The notes: generated by a model from the letters alone, not told the origin. Shown: positions 11,701-31,029, numbered from the stretch's first letter. The stretch is DNA of 64,000 nt from the human T2T-CHM13v2.0 reference genome, Homo sapiens (GCF_009914755.1 NC_060931.1); one strand, 5' to 3'. Program-made: numbers and translations.

Positions 11701-14700
11701 GTGATGGGAAATCAAACACACAACAAAATAAATAAATAAAGGCAGGCTAAGATTTAGACGTAGTGCTCATTTCTCATTGTATTCTTTTCTCCTGCCTACT
11801 TTAGTCAAAGGCTTTATTTATTTGGAAGTTCATCATTTATTTTTGTTTGTTCAGTGCTAAACACAAAAAAGTAATGCAAAATAGACTCAGCCTCCTTCAG
11901 TGGCTAGAAGAAAAACATTATGCTAACCTAAGATGAAGTTTGACAAGTGACGCATTATTCAGAAAACCACTGGGCATTGAAATTGCATATTATGCAAATA
12001 TATTCTATTCCTGACCATTGTTGAAGAAGTTTTTATAGGTAATTATGGAAGCTGCAGCAGTGGCCTTTCTACTAGAGTTTAATGTTTCCAGTGGATGCTC
12101 ATGAATAGTGATATTACACCTAAGAATAAAATCATTCACTTCCACTTGAAACACTCATTAGCAAACTTTTTAAATGGTTGCATTGTCTGAAGCCTGATTA
12201 GTCCTGTTAGACTTTGATTAATGTTGCTCATTACTTAGATTAAGCTTTAACTTTGTAAAGATTACTCCATTGCTTAATAATATGAAACATTTTACATTGA
12301 AAAAAAATCATGTAGACAAATAATATTTTAATCAATTGACTTAGGTGTGCCATTGAAACCCTCATGAAAGGTCTAGGCACTCTGGAAAAGGTCATCTCTT
12401 TGATAGCTTATAATTAGTACTAGAGAATGAATTGGTTTCACATGAGTTGAGAAGACGTCTTTGCAGTTTACTTCCTGTATGAGATGCACGACTGATAAGA
12501 ATTGCAGGATGCATATCTTGCTGCTTAAAAACTTCATAGTTAGCATTATTAACAGTGTAGCAGCAAGTTTAAATCTTAGTTTCCCTGGTAATCTTAATAC
12601 CAGGAATCTAACTAGAAATATTGTGTACTTGTTTGCCAGAGGAAGTAAATCAGGTAGAACCATAGCATGCTGTATACTGTTAATTGGACTATTAATATGA
12701 TGGATGAAGACTATCATTTAAAATTTTATGGTGTAGAACAACATGGTATACATGCTTCCCACTGTGGGTGTAAGCAAATGAATGAAGACAACTAAAATCT
12801 CATAAAGTCTCATACACAAGGCTGTAATTGATGAAAAATCTAATTAAGTCTTTTTGGAGAGGAGGGATCAAAACTACATAAATTATGTACTAATTTATTC
12901 ATAAAAACATTGAGAAGTCTATGTAGAAACTCAGGACATAGAAATGGGGATAGAAAACATGTATGTCTAAAAAGCAGAAAACATCAGAAATAATAAAAGT
13001 TTCAAGTTTTTGAGTTTTTCTTCATTTTTTTTCCGTTTGGTTTACTATATAAACAACTTTGATCCAAAAATAAAAATTGTGAATGATAAGATTGCAGACT
13101 ATTTTGTTATCATATATTGCCTGAGTTAATTTTCAACATTTTTGTAAATTACTTGCAAAAATTTCAAATTTCAATCTGTGCAGAGTCTTTAAACAAGAAT
13201 AAAATTCTTTAGTTTGAAGGTTAAAAATAAATCTCTGCTTCTCTTTTCTTTTTCTGCCTGAAAATACAAATCATACAACAATCTCTTATAGTCATAGGCA
13301 TTGATATCTAATGCTCATTTAGAAATCAGAAATTTCTTTTTTTAACATTTATCTTACTGTATTTTTTAAATTAGCAAAATTGTATATATTTACTGTGTAA
13401 AAAATGATGCTTTAAAACATGTATAAAGTGAAATCTCTAAATCGAGCAAATTAATACATACATTCTCTCACAGTTATTATTTTTGTGATTACACTTAAAA
13501 TCTACTTCCTTAGCATTTTTAATGAATGTAATATATTGTCATCTATAGTTACCATGTTGTACATTAGCACATTTGAAGTTATTCCTCCTATTAAACTAAA
13601 ATTTTGCAAGCCTTAACCAACGTCTCCCCTTCCCCTCAATGTCCCAACCTCTGGCAACCACCATTCTACTCTCTACTTCTATGAGTTCAATATTTTTAGA
13701 TTCCATATATAGGTGAGATTATGCAGTATTTGTGTACCTGTGCCTGGCTTATTTCACTTAGCGTAATGTCTTCCAAGTTCATTCATGCTGTCACAAATGA
13801 CAGTATTTTCTTCTTTATGGCTGAATAGTATTCCATTGTGTATATATACCACATTTTTTTTGGTCCAATTATTCATCAGTGGACACTCAAGTTGATTCCC
13901 AATGTTGGCTATTGTAAACAATGCTGCAATAAACACGGGAGTGCAGCTATCTCTTCAACACACTCATTTCACTTCCTTTGGCTATATACTTAGTAGTGTG
14001 GTTGTTGGATAATATGGTAATTCTATTTTTAATTTTTTGAGGAAGCTCCATACTGTTTTCTATAATGGCTATACTAACCTACATTCTTACCAACAGGGCA
14101 CAAGGGTTCCCTTTTTTCTATATCCCCACCAACAATTGTTATCTTTTATTGTGTTGATAATAGCCATTTTAAGAGACATAGGATGATGTCTCATTGTAAT
14201 TTTAATTTTAATTTTTATAATGATTAGTGATAAACATTGTTTCATATAGTTCTTGGTTGTCTGTATGTCTTGTTTTGAGTAAGGTCTACTCAGTTCCTTT
14301 GCCCATTTAAAAATTTTTTTCCTTGCAGTTGAGTTGAGTTCCTTATATATTTTGGATAGTAGCCCCTTATCAGATGCATAGTTTGCAAATATTTTCTCCC
14401 ATTCCTTAAACTGTCTTCACTATGTTCATTGTTTCCTTGGCTGTGGAGAAGCTTTCAATTTGATGCAATTCCGTTTTTTCAGTTTTGCTTTTGCCCAGAC
14501 GAATGTTGTGGGGCTTTTCTCTATGTTTTTTTCTAGTAGTTTTACAGTTTTGGGTCTTACATTTAAGTTTTTAATCGGTTTTGAGCTGTTTTAGTGTGTG
14601 GTATGAGACAAAGGTCTAATTTCATTATTCTGTATTTGGAGATTCAGTTTTCCTGCACCAGTTATTGAAGAGACTGTCTTTTGCTCCTTGTCTGTTCTTG

Positions 14701-14744
14701 GCACCTTTGTGAAAAATCACTTGAAAAGTGAATTTTACTTTCAT

Positions 14745-14790
<46 letters not shown>
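14745..14790. repeat. (TCTA)11 tetranucleotide microsatellite
   Basis: Eleven uninterrupted TCTA units plus TC. Confidence 0.97.
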
Positions 14791-17700
14791 ACGTATCTAT
14801 GGATTTCTGGGCTCTCAATTTTATTCTATTGTTCTATATATCTGTTTTTAGACAAGTGCCATGCTGTTTTGATTACTACAATATTGCAGTAAATTTTGAA
14901 GTTTGATATTGTGATGCCTCCAGCTTTGTTTTTTTGCTCAGGATTGCTTTGGCAATTTGGGGTCTTAGGCAGTTCATAAAAACTTTAGAAACCTTTTTCT
15001 ATTTCTGAGATCATGTTATTGAAATTTTGATGAGGAATACATTAAATCTGTAGATCAGTTTGGGTACTATGGACATTTTAACAATATTAATTCTTCCAGT
15101 CAATGCACATGGAATTTATTTTCATTTATTTGCATCTTTTTCAATTTATTTCATTAATGTTTTATGGTTTTCAGTGTATAGAATATTTCCTTGGCTAATT
15201 TTATTCTCAGTATTTTTGCAGCTATTGTAAATGGGATTGTTTTCTTGATTTCTTATTCAGATAGTGTGGTGTTAGTGTGTAGAAATGCTACTAATTTTTG
15301 TATTTTGATTTTGTATCCTGCAACTTTACTAAATTTGTTTATTAGTTCTAATAGTTTTGGGGTGGATTGTTTAGGGTTTTTTAAATATATATAAGATCAT
15401 GTCATCTGCAAAAAGCGACAATTTCACTTCTTCCTTTCCAATTGGGAGGCCTTTCATTTCTTCCTGTTGCCTAATTGCACTGGCTAGGACATCCAGTACT
15501 AAGCTGAATAGAACTGGCAAGAGTGGGCATCTCTATTTTGTTCCTGATCTTAGATAAAAAACTTTCAGCTTTTACTCATTGAGTATGATGTTACCTATGA
15601 ATTTGTCATATATGACCTTTACTGTGTAGAGGTACATTCCTTCTATATATAATCTGTTGAGCCTTTATTGTGAAAGGATGTTGAATCTTGTCAAATGCTT
15701 TCTCGACATCCATTCAGATGATTATGTCTTTTGTCTTTCATTCTGTTAATGTGGTGTATCACATTTGTAAGTCTGCATATGTTGAACCATACTTGAATCT
15801 CGAGGATAAATCCCACTTGATCATGGTGAATAATTTTTTTTAATGCGTGTTGAATTTTGTTTGCTAGTGTTTTGTTGAGGATTTCTGCATCTATGTTCAG
15901 CAGGGATATTGGCCTGTATTTTTATTTTTAATTTTTCTGTTGCTTTTTTGGTAGTGTCCTTGTCTGGCTTTGATTGAAAGCATTTTCCCCTCTTTAATTT
16001 TTTGGGGATAGTCTGAGAAAGATTGGTATTTTTAAATGTTTGGTAGAATTTATCAGTGAAGTGATCCAGTCCTGAGATTTTCTTTGATGGGAGACTTTTT
16101 AGTAATGATTTGATCTCCTTACTCTTTAATGGTCTGTTCGGATTTTCTATTTCTTTATGATTCATCCTTGGTAAGTTGATATGCCTAGAAATTTATCTAT
16201 TTCATCCATCTAAGTTATCCAGCTTATTGTCAAATAATTGGTCATAATAGCTTCATATGACCCTTTGGCTGTGTTTCTGTTGTATCAGTTGTAATGTCTT
16301 AGTTTCCATTTCTGATTTTGTTTATTTGAGGCTTTTTTCTTTTATTCTTAGTTTAGCTAAAGATTTGTCAATTTTGTTTCTCTTTTCAAAAACCAAGTCT
16401 TCATTTTATTGATATTTTCTATTGATTTTCTAGACTTTATTTATTTCTACTCTGATTTTATTATTTACTTCCTTTAACTCTGGGCTTAGTTTTTATTTTT
16501 CTAGAAAGTTGAAACATTAAGTTGTTTATGTGAGACTTTTCTTTTTTAATGCAGATGTTTGTTGCTATAAATTTCCCTCTTATAATAACTGCTTTTGCTA
16601 TCTCATATGTTTTGGTATGTGGTATTTCCATTTTCATTTGTCTAAACATTTTTTGTTTATATATTTTCTCTTTTAATTTCTTCATTGACCCATTGGTTGT
16701 TTAGGATTACATTGTTTAATGTCTATGTTTTTGTAAATTTTACAATCTTTCTCTTTCAGTTGATTTCTAGTTTCATACCATTGTGGTCAGAAAAGATACT
16801 TGATATGATTTCAAACTTTTTAAACTTGCTAAGGCTTGTATTTTGGCTTAACATATGATCTATCCTGGGGAATGTTCCCTGTGTGCTTGAGAAGAAGAAT
16901 GTGCATTCTGCTACTTTTGGAAGGAGTGTTCTGTGTATGTCTGTTAGGTCCATTTGGTCTAAAGTGTAATTTATGTCCAATATTTCTTTTTTAATGTTCT
17001 GTTTATGGATCTTGCCATTAATGAAAGTAGGTTTGTTGAATTCCTCTATTATTAGTGCATTACAGTTTATCTCTCTCTTAATACCAATTAATATTTGCTT
17101 CATATGTTTAGGTGCTCTGATGTTGGGTGCATATTTATTTATAGTCATTATATCCTTTTGCTGAATTGACTCTTTTATCATTATGTAACACCTTTGTATT
17201 ATTTTACAGTTTTTGACTTAAGAAATCCATTTTATCTGATGTAAGTATAGCTACTTCTGTTCTCTTCTGCATTTTGTTTTCATGGAATATCTTTTTTCAT
17301 CCCTTAACTTTCAATCTATGTGTGTTCTTACGGGTAAAGGGAGTCTCTTATAAGCAGCATATAGTTGTATATTTTAAAAAATTCATTTAGCCCTTTTATG
17401 TCTTTTGATTGGAGAATTTAATCCATTTACATTCAAGGTTAATATTGATAAGTAAGAATTTACTACTGTCGTTTTGCTAGTTGTTTTCTGCTTGTTTTGT
17501 AGATCTATTATTCCTTTTTTCCTCTCTATCTTCCTTTGTGATTAGGTAATTTTCGTTATTGGTATGCTTTAATTTCTTACTGCTTATTTTTTGTGTATAT
17601 ACTATATTTTTTTTGCTTTGGGATTTCCATGAGACTTATAAAATCATCTAATAGTTATAATAGGTTACTTTAAACTTATAAAAACTTAACTTTGATTACA

Positions 17701-17938
17701 AAAACAAAAACCAAAAAAAAACCAAGCAAACAAAAAATTCTACATTTTGACTCCATTCCTACATCCTGAATTTCTAATGTCACAATTTACATCTTTTTTT
17801 ATTGCATATCTCTTAACAAATTATTATAGCTATTAGTATTTTTAACGGTTTTGTTGCTTAACCTTCATGCTAAAGATACAAGTCATTTACTCACTTCATT
17901 ACTGTATTAGAGTGTGCTGAATTTTGCTGCATACTTAC

Positions 17939-18228
<290 letters not shown>

Positions 18229-19299
18229 ACATACTTACTTTTATACTTTCATGTTTTTGTGTTTTATACTTTTGTGTTTTTATGTTACAATTAGCATATT
18301 TTTCTTTCAGCTGGAAGAACTCCCTTTAGTATTTCTTGTAAGAAGGGTCTGGTGGTGATTAGCTCCCTCAGCTTTCTTTTGTTTGTCTGGAAAAATCTTT
18401 CCTTCATTTCTCAAGGACAACTTTTTCAGGTACAATATTCTTGGTTGGCATTTTTTTTTCCTTAGCACTTTGCACCCTCTATCTTGGCCTATAAGGTTTC
18501 TGCTGATAAATCTGCTACTAGCTTTAATATAATTCCCTTACATGTTATCTTTTTCTTTTCTCTTGCTGCTTTTAGGATCCTCTCTTTGACTTTGAGTTTT
18601 GACAGTTTGGTTATAGTATATCTTAGGGGTAGGTATCTTGCTTGAATTGAATCTTACTGGGGAGTTGTATTTGGATACTTATATCTTTTCCCAGGTTTGG
18701 AAAGATTTGTGTTATTATTTCTTTAAGTAAGTACTACTTCTTTGACTGTCTCATCTCTTTCCTAAACTTTGACTTGAATATTTGCTCTTTTTATACTGTG
18801 TTTTAAATTCTGTATGCTTTCTTTATTCTTTTTCATTCTTGTTTTCTTTTTTCTCCTGTGATCGTATATTTTCAAATAATCTTGAGTTCATAGATTATTT
18901 CTTCTCCTTAATAAATTCTGCTATTAGCCCACTATTGCAGTTTTTATTTCATTCATTATATTTTCAGCTCTAACATTTTTGTTTTGTTAATAATTTCAAT
19001 ATCTCTGTAAAATTTTTCCTTCAACCATTTATTTTTTTCCTTATTTCACTGAATTGATTTTTTGTATTTTGTTGAAATTTCCTGACCTTCCCCAGAGCAG
19101 CTATTTTGAATTCTTTGTCAGGAAGGTAATTTCTTTAGGTTAATCACTTGTGCTTCATTTTGTCTCTTTGGTGATGTCATGTTTCCCTGATTATTGTTAA
19201 TCCTTATGTGTTGGTGTCTATGCATTTAAAGAAGTAGGTACATATTTCAATATGCAGACTAGCTTTGTCTGGGAAAGCTCTTTACCAGTTAACCCATCC

Positions 19300-20650
19300 A
19301 GAGATTCAAGGCAGGCCATTTAGTATGGTTCATGAGAGGGCTTGCTAGCCTGGTGTCTGGGTCAGCAGGTGGGTAATCCTGGAGCCTAGATGCATTGTGC
19401 TGGATTTGTTGACTGGGTCTGTTGAGCATGGCCCCTGGGTTCACAGGGGCTAGCTTGGCATTGGTACTGGCCTTGAACCTGTGTCCTCTGAGATGAGCCT
19501 GGATCCTGGGTCCAGGGACTGGAGACTGGATCTGCAGGGGTGTTCCTACATCTTTAGCCCATAGGGACTAGCCTGGTACTAGTGTCCATTGGGGTGGACA
19601 TGAACCCTGGGTCTACTGGAGCAGGCCTGGACTCTGAGGCAATGAATCCTGGGGCCACCATGACTAGCCTGGATCTTAGGTCTGTAGGTGCTGGTTTGGA
19701 ACCTGGGGCCATGGGTGTTAGACTGGTGCTGGGGCTGGCCTGAAGTCTCAGTCTGTGGGAATTAACCTGTGTACTCAGGCCATGGTGACCAGCCTGGAGC
19801 CTGTATCCATAGGAATGACCCTGGAACATGACTCTTTAGGGGACAGCCCAGCATATATATCTACTGGGTTGGGGTTGATCCCTGGGTCTACTGGAAAGGA
19901 CCTGGACCCTGGGTCTTCCAAAGAATGAGTCCACAGGGGCCAGCCTAAATCCTGGAGTCCTGGAGACTGGCCTGGACTCTGGGATCATGGAGGCCAGCTT
20001 GAAAACAAAATGTGTGGATGCTACCCTAGAAGCTAGGTCTGCAAGGACTGACCTATGGCCTGGGACTTCAGGGGCTTCTCCTGGAAGCTGAAGATGTAGG
20101 GATTATTTTGACACCATGTGGATCTGGAGCCTGGGTCTGCAGGTGCTGAGTGCGGACCCACAGGTCAGGTGTGCTGATCTAGTGCTTATGTGGGTGTCTG
20201 AAGTCTGGGGCTGTGTAGGCCAACTTTGCTCTGGGCTGCTCTGGAGCCTGGGGTAGATGTGGAGCTTGGGGCTGTAGGGGCCAACATGAAGCCTGGGTCC
20301 AGAGTTACTGGCCTAATTACTACGGCTATAGGAGCTGGCTTGGAGTTGAGGTGGACCTGAAGCCTAGGGCTCACTGAGACTAGCCTGCCACTAGCATAAG
20401 CCCATAGTTTGGTGCTGCTGGGGCAAGCCTGGTGTTGAGTGTGGTTGGGAGCTTGGAGCTGCTGTTTGAAACACAAGGGGCAGACAGGAGATGAAGTCCA
20501 CCATGAAGATCTGGAGCCGAAGGCTGCAGGGCAGCTCAGCCTGGCTCTGGGGCAGACCTAGAGGCTCATTCTGTAGGCACCAGCCTTGAGTTTGAGGCTG
20601 TGGGGCCTGCCCGGTTCTGAGTTTTATGGAGGTGGGCCCAGTACTCAAGG
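19300..20650. repeat. Degenerate ~27-bp tandem array forming the L1MA 5'UTR
   Basis: Recurring units such as ggatcttaggtctgtaggtgctggttt and ggaacctggggccatgggtgttagact; the region is GC-rich relative to its flanks. Confidence 0.7.
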
Positions 20651-22738
20651 CAAAGTTCAGTGATACTTTCCTATCTTTCCCTCAAGAAGATGGTATCTCT
20701 GTGCTGTGCTGCCTTTGGTTGGGCAAGATGTGAAGCAGGTAAAGTGAAACTGTCTTTCCCTTTTCAATGCATCTTTCCTTATTTCAGTGCTATACCCATG
20801 TGGTGCTTTGATCTCTCTCCTGTTTCCTTCAGCTCTTATGAAGGTATTTTCAGGCATGGGTAGTTATTCAAATTAATGTGTCCATTGAAGGATGATTGCT
20901 GGAAAGTCCTATTTCATCTTTTGATGAGTAGTCCTAGTCCATCTTTTGTAATCTCTTTCTTTGTAAAATAGATAGTTTATAGTTTGTCTCATAGTAGCCA
21001 TTAAACAGACATTAGTTTCACTCATTCCTAAGACTGCAGGGGAAAGCATTAGTGCTTTATGTTTAAAAAAAATCAGTACACAATAAACCTCTATTCAGTC
21101 ATAACAATTTTGGTTATGAAGAAAGTAAAGATGTATACATAAGCAAAAAGGCCACAAGTAAACCACTGAATTATTAATATTTGAAGTCTATGGAAGTTCA
21201 AGCCATCTTAAGTATTTTAGAGCTATGTAAAAAAAAGCCTTTTTCATAATTCACTGAGTTAAAAGTTCTAGAGACAGGTAAGGTAATAGAATGAGCTGAA
21301 AGTAATCCACAAAAGCTTCTTATAGAGAGTTGGGTTTTCTCTGGATCTAGGTGGAAAGGAAACTGATTGGGCAGGTGGTAGGGTCTGAAAAAGCAGCATG
21401 CTGGTGGGAGCTGGCCTGGTGGTTCAGATGCTGTGGGGATCTTATGCAGTACTATAAGGGAAAAAGTCAAGAGAGTCAAGAAGTACTGTCTTCTTGAGAT
21501 GAAGCTTCTGAGGAGGGAATGATAGAAAAGGGGGACCTGTGCATCACTGCACTTAGATTCTGGATCTCCATAAGCTGAGAGGGGAGCATATGTTGGATGT
21601 AACAGGTGCTAGAGGTTACCTTGTGCAGAAGATAAGCCGGCCAACAGGGCCTAGAAATACATGTGAAGTACTGGAAGTAGAAAAAAAAAAATGGAGCCTG
21701 AAAGAACAGCTGAAGGGCTCTTCAAAAATCTGATCTTCTAGGAAAAAAAGGAATCAACAGCATGAGAGAGATTTCTAAGCAAAAATTAATGAATTTAAAG
21801 GTTTGCTGAATATAGGTAATGTGGGAATGGTGTGATATAAATGTGAGTGCCAGATTTCAGGGTTTTCACGACAGAGTTTCTCAGGAAGTAGTGGCCTGAT
21901 TGACTGAGGAGGGTATGTTGGGCACAGATGATTAATTTAAGCAAGTGATTAATTTCACAGATTAAGTGGGATTGTGAGTGTGAGTTGATATTAGGATTTT
22001 CAGCAAAAGACATGACTATATGTACTAGAGACATAAGTCTAGTATAGCCAAAAAAACAACTATTATTATAGTTTCACAATTTTTAATAATATCTTAAATG
22101 CATCTCAGAATGCATATAATCAAACCAGTATAATAAACCTACTGATAAAAATGAAATGTTTAGATAAATAATAACATTGAGCTATCACTTTTTTTCAAGA
22201 TCTACTGATATTCTTAGGAAAATGTCCTTTGAGATTGCCCAAAATGTATGACAAAATTTGAGACTATTTTTGAAGACAAAATTATACAAAAAGCTGGCTA
22301 TTGATTTTGAAACCTCTGGGATTATACATGCACTGTTCTACTGTCATGTTCCGTTGTATAAGAGTAACTTGGAACATTTTGGATTGACGAGATTTATAGT
22401 AAATGATTATTGTTTTTCAGGTTACAGAGTAATAAAACGTGTTTTTTATTTAAATGGCACAGTATTTTAAATAATCCCATACCTTATTTTGCATACTTTT
22501 GATGCTCCATAACTTTTTGAGCTACATAACAAATAAAATATATGCAAGACCAATATTAATTCCATCGTAAACTCATGGAGCTGGAACCACCAAGAAGAAA
22601 GCAAAGTTAATGCAATATGGAATTGAGTGATTTCTTTTAATGTTCTAAAGAACAGTAAAAGCGTTCTGTGTACTTGACATCTAAACTATTGATGTTTTAG
22701 AAACTGATTTTACACATTCATGAAAAAAGGGTTAATTT

Positions 22739-25918
<3,180 letters not shown>

Positions 25919-25919
25919 C

Positions 25920-26206
<287 letters not shown>

Positions 26207-26512
26207 GGCCCAGCACGGTGGCTCACACCTGTAATCCCAAAACTTTGGGAGGCTGAGGCGGGTGGATCACCTGAGATTGGGAGTTCAAGACCAGCCTGGC
26301 CAATATGCTGAAACCCTGTCTCTACTAAAAATACAAAAATTAGCTGGGTGTGGTGGTGGGCACCTATAATCTCAGCTAGTTGGGAGGCTGAGGCAGGAGA
26401 ATTGCTTGAACCCAGGAGGCGGAGGCTGCAGTGAGCTGAGATCCCGCCACTGCCCTGCAGCCTGGGCAACAAGAGCGAGACTCTGTCTCAAAAAATAAAA
26501 TAAAATAAAAAA
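26207..26512 (+). mobile_element. AluSq/Sp-like element directly after the previous Alu's A-tail
   Basis: Full dimer with the 'gggcaacaagagcga' diagnostic and an (AAAAT)n tail. Confidence 0.94.
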
Positions 26513-27310
26513 CTGCAACCAAAATGAACACAATGTCCAAGTTACTGTCATGATGGAGCTTACATTCTTTTTTTTAAAAAAATAATATATACTTTAAGTT
26601 CTGGGATACATGTGCAGAATGTGCAGGTTTGTTACATAGGTATACATGTGCCATGGCGGTTTGCTGCACCAATCAACCTGTCATCTACATTAGGTATTTC
26701 TCCTAATGCTATCCCTCCTCTTGCCCTCGACCTCCGACAGGCCCCAGTGTTGTGATGTTCCCCTCCCTTTGCCCATATGTTCTCTTTATTCAACTCCCAT
26801 TTATGAGTGAGAACATGTGGTGTCTGGTTTTCTGTTCCTGTGTTAGTTTGCTGAGAATGATGGTTTCCAGCTTCATCCATGTCCCTACAAAGGACATGAA
26901 CTCATTCTTTTTCATGGCTGCATAGTATTCCATGGTGTATATGTGCCACATTTCCTTTATCCAGTCTATCATATCATGTACATTCTTGTGAGAGATACAA
27001 TAAACCCCAAAATAAAATGCTAAATTAACCAAGAAAATGAGTAAAAGAAACATTTAGCACAAGAGGATAGAAAGATGCTATTTTAATGGGGTAGCTAGAG
27101 AAGTCCTCTCAGAGAAGGAGACATTTTAGTCAAGAGTAAATGCATGGGCTGACAAATATTTTAGTCAAAGGAAATCAAAGGGAAAGGCTCTGAAATGAGA
27201 AAAGGCTTTGTGCTGGTGAAAGTGAATTTCTAGAAAATTTCTGCCTCTGGAAAGGCAGTCAGAGACATTTAAGTGCTTATAATCTATGATAAAAAACTTC
27301 AGATTTTTAG
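26513..27310 (-). mobile_element. L2 relic interrupted by an L1PA 3' end
   Basis: 'atggagcttacattct' and 'gaagtcctctcagagaaggagacatttt' match the reverse L2 3' region. Confidence 0.65.
26568..26972 (-). mobile_element. 5'-truncated L1PA7-like 3' end
   Basis: L1PA 3'UTR and ORF2 end (MEYYAAMKKNEFMSF); TSD TACATTCTT at 26561-26569 and 26979-26987. Confidence 0.95.
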
Positions 27311-27344
27311 AAGGTGGAGAAAATTGGCTTCATAGATCTAGATG

Positions 27345-27480
27345 AAAAAGAACTTAAAGATTAACTGGTCTAAGTATCCCATTTAACAGCTGAAGAAAGT
27401 GAGACCTAGGAAACCTAAGTGACTTAACCATACCCTGCAACTAGTTAGCTGTTGGTACAGATATAAACCTTGGTTCACTT
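27345..27480 (-). mobile_element. MIR fragment
   Basis: 'cccatttaacagctgaagaaagtgagacctagg..aagtgactt' matches the reverse MIR core. Confidence 0.65.
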
Positions 27481-28403
27481 ATCTGAAAATAAACTATGAC
27501 TCTACTCAAGGAAGCATTTTTCATTTTGCTATTTTAAACACTATATCCAGACATGACATATAACACATGGAATATGTTATATTCCAGACATATAACACCG
27601 TATGTTATTCTTTAAAAGGAAGGTTTTTACAGGCTGGTGCACAGCTATAGAATGGCAGATGCACTTTGAATATGGAGAAGAGCGTGTGACCCCTGAACCC
27701 AGAGGTCTACTCCCTGGAGATCACACTGCATTAAACAGCTAGAGGTGTTCTTTCATTCGGACAAAAGAACTGACGTTGCTTCACTGAACCTCTTAGGGAT
27801 ACTGAATTAAATGAGATTATCATATAATATGCCTCATCACTTTCACCTTCTAGTAATTTTACAAAAACACCAAATTGAATATGAATTTACTATATATTCT
27901 ACAGTGACCGCTCATGTAATTTTTGCATAATTGAACACATTGTGTTTAACGCTGAATCTCAACTAACTTTGCAGAGAAATGAGTTAAAACTATTTCATGC
28001 AGCTACAGTCTCCTGACCTTCACAGGAACTTAGATCTTCTTTATTCTCCCCACAAATGTGGCCTTGGGCTTACAATGGCAAGGAAGTAGTTATCACCTGG
28101 CTTTTAATTCTGCTTCTCAGCAAGACAGACTTTCAACATATCAAATTGATAAATTTGGAGTCAATGTGTCATGCCCTCTTGGAATCTTTTATCTTCAGAA
28201 TAAATGGTTCTGAGAGGTTTGTGGAAGGGGAAGGAGTTTTCAGGATTCCTACCTCTCCATGTAGACTCAGGGCAGAGATCCCTGCTGGACACCATATCGC
28301 TATGGTAGAAACCATCTTCAGTCTCAAACAGCCTCCCTGCAATTCAGCTACAGAGGATAATGCTGACTGTGTGGCTGTGCAAAATACCAAAGATGGAAGT
28401 TAA

Positions 28404-29720
<1,317 letters not shown>

Positions 29721-30704
29721 AACAATGCTGCTCAAGCAGCACGGCTATCTAAGGAAGCACACTGAAAGCTCAAGGGGAAAGTGGGGATGAGGGAAGACAC
29801 ACTGCTTTTTTTTCTTTTCTTTCCTTCTCTCTCTTTCTTTTTTTTAAAGTGGAATACTTCGGAACTTATGACTAGGATTTCACAACAAAGTGAGGTGACC
29901 AGGAAAAAACACAAGAAATCAGTGTGGCAAGATCCCTCAGATAGGGCTCTATTTGATGAACCAATATCATGTCAACCATAGGATTTCACATTTTTGTTAT
30001 ATATTTTAGCCTACACGTTGATAAAATTATAATCAGAACATATAACACAGTAATCATGGAGCATAAAATAAACTAAAATATAAATTACGTTGCAAGTAAA
30101 GAAAAATGAATTAACATGCACATAACACAGCATAATAGAAGATATAACAGTTTTAAAAATTATCATCAACATGTTAAACTTATCTATTAAACTTATCTAT
30201 TTCTTGGATTTATTAAGAAAAAAGGATCAATGTATGGTAATCACATTACAAAAGTACAAAAAACCCCACAAAAGTTATTAAAAATAAATTATGTCAGCTA
30301 AAATACACACTAAAAGAAGAAAAAGACACCAATTAATACCAGATAGAATGAATTAAGTAAAAGGAACATCATGTGAGATACAGAGAATCATTCAACACTT
30401 AAAAAAAGTTTGAAATAAAGTCATTAACAGTTTTTAAAAGCTTTAAATTTTAGCATCGTAATATAAAGAAAAAATGTTTCAAAGATACAAAAAGATTACA
30501 AAATTCCAATGACAACCTAATTTTCTATAATCTATTAAGAAACCTAAGAAATTAAATAGGTTCTGTGAAAAAATACATTCTTTTAAAACTGGACTAAACA
30601 ATCATGTCTTAGTGTTTTACTTTTCCATTGAATGTTCAAAAGCTGGTTTCAAAAATTAAATGAAAGCTTATGGACTATTGAACCACAGCGAATTCCAAAA
30701 CACG

Positions 30705-30823
30705 CGGCAGGAGAATGGCGTGAACCCGGAAGGCGGAGCTTGCAGTGAGTCGAGATCGCGCCACTGCACTCCAGCTTGGGCGACAGAACAAGACTCCGTC
30801 TCAAAAAAAAAAAAAGAAAGAAA
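30705..30823 (+). mobile_element. AluY right-arm 3' fragment
   Basis: AluY diagnostics 'gagaatggcgtgaaccc' and 'ggcggagcttgcagtg'; CpGs retained; A-tail present. Confidence 0.93.
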
Positions 30824-30897
30824 ATATGATTCCATGGCACAGAAAAGGAATATGTATTCTAATTGTTTAATCCTATTACATTTAAAACATTTTAAAT

Positions 30898-31029
30898 GCC
30901 AGGTGTGGTAACTCATGCCTGTAATTCCAGCACTTTGTGAGGTTGAGGCAAAAGGATCACCTGAGGTCAGGGGTTCGAGACCAGGCTGGGCAACACAATG
31001 AGATTCTGTCTCTGCAAAAAATAAAAAAA
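30898..31029 (+). mobile_element. FLAM or AluJ left monomer
   Basis: Single left arm with an A-rich tail. Confidence 0.85.

Noticed and set aside
10781-12717. Non-repeat ORFs of 110-114 aa (10781-11113 and 12373-12717)
   Set aside because: No recognisable domain or convincing splice signals; such lengths are expected by chance across six frames of 64 kb.
19300-20650. GC-rich repetitive block as a CRISPR-like array, CpG island or novel satellite
   Set aside because: It has no constant repeat with unique spacers, is CpG-depleted, and sits exactly where the L1MA 5'UTR belongs.
30705-31029. Right Alu arm followed by left arm as one circularly permuted Alu
   Set aside because: The arms differ in age (AluY versus FLAM/J-like) and are separated by non-Alu DNA.
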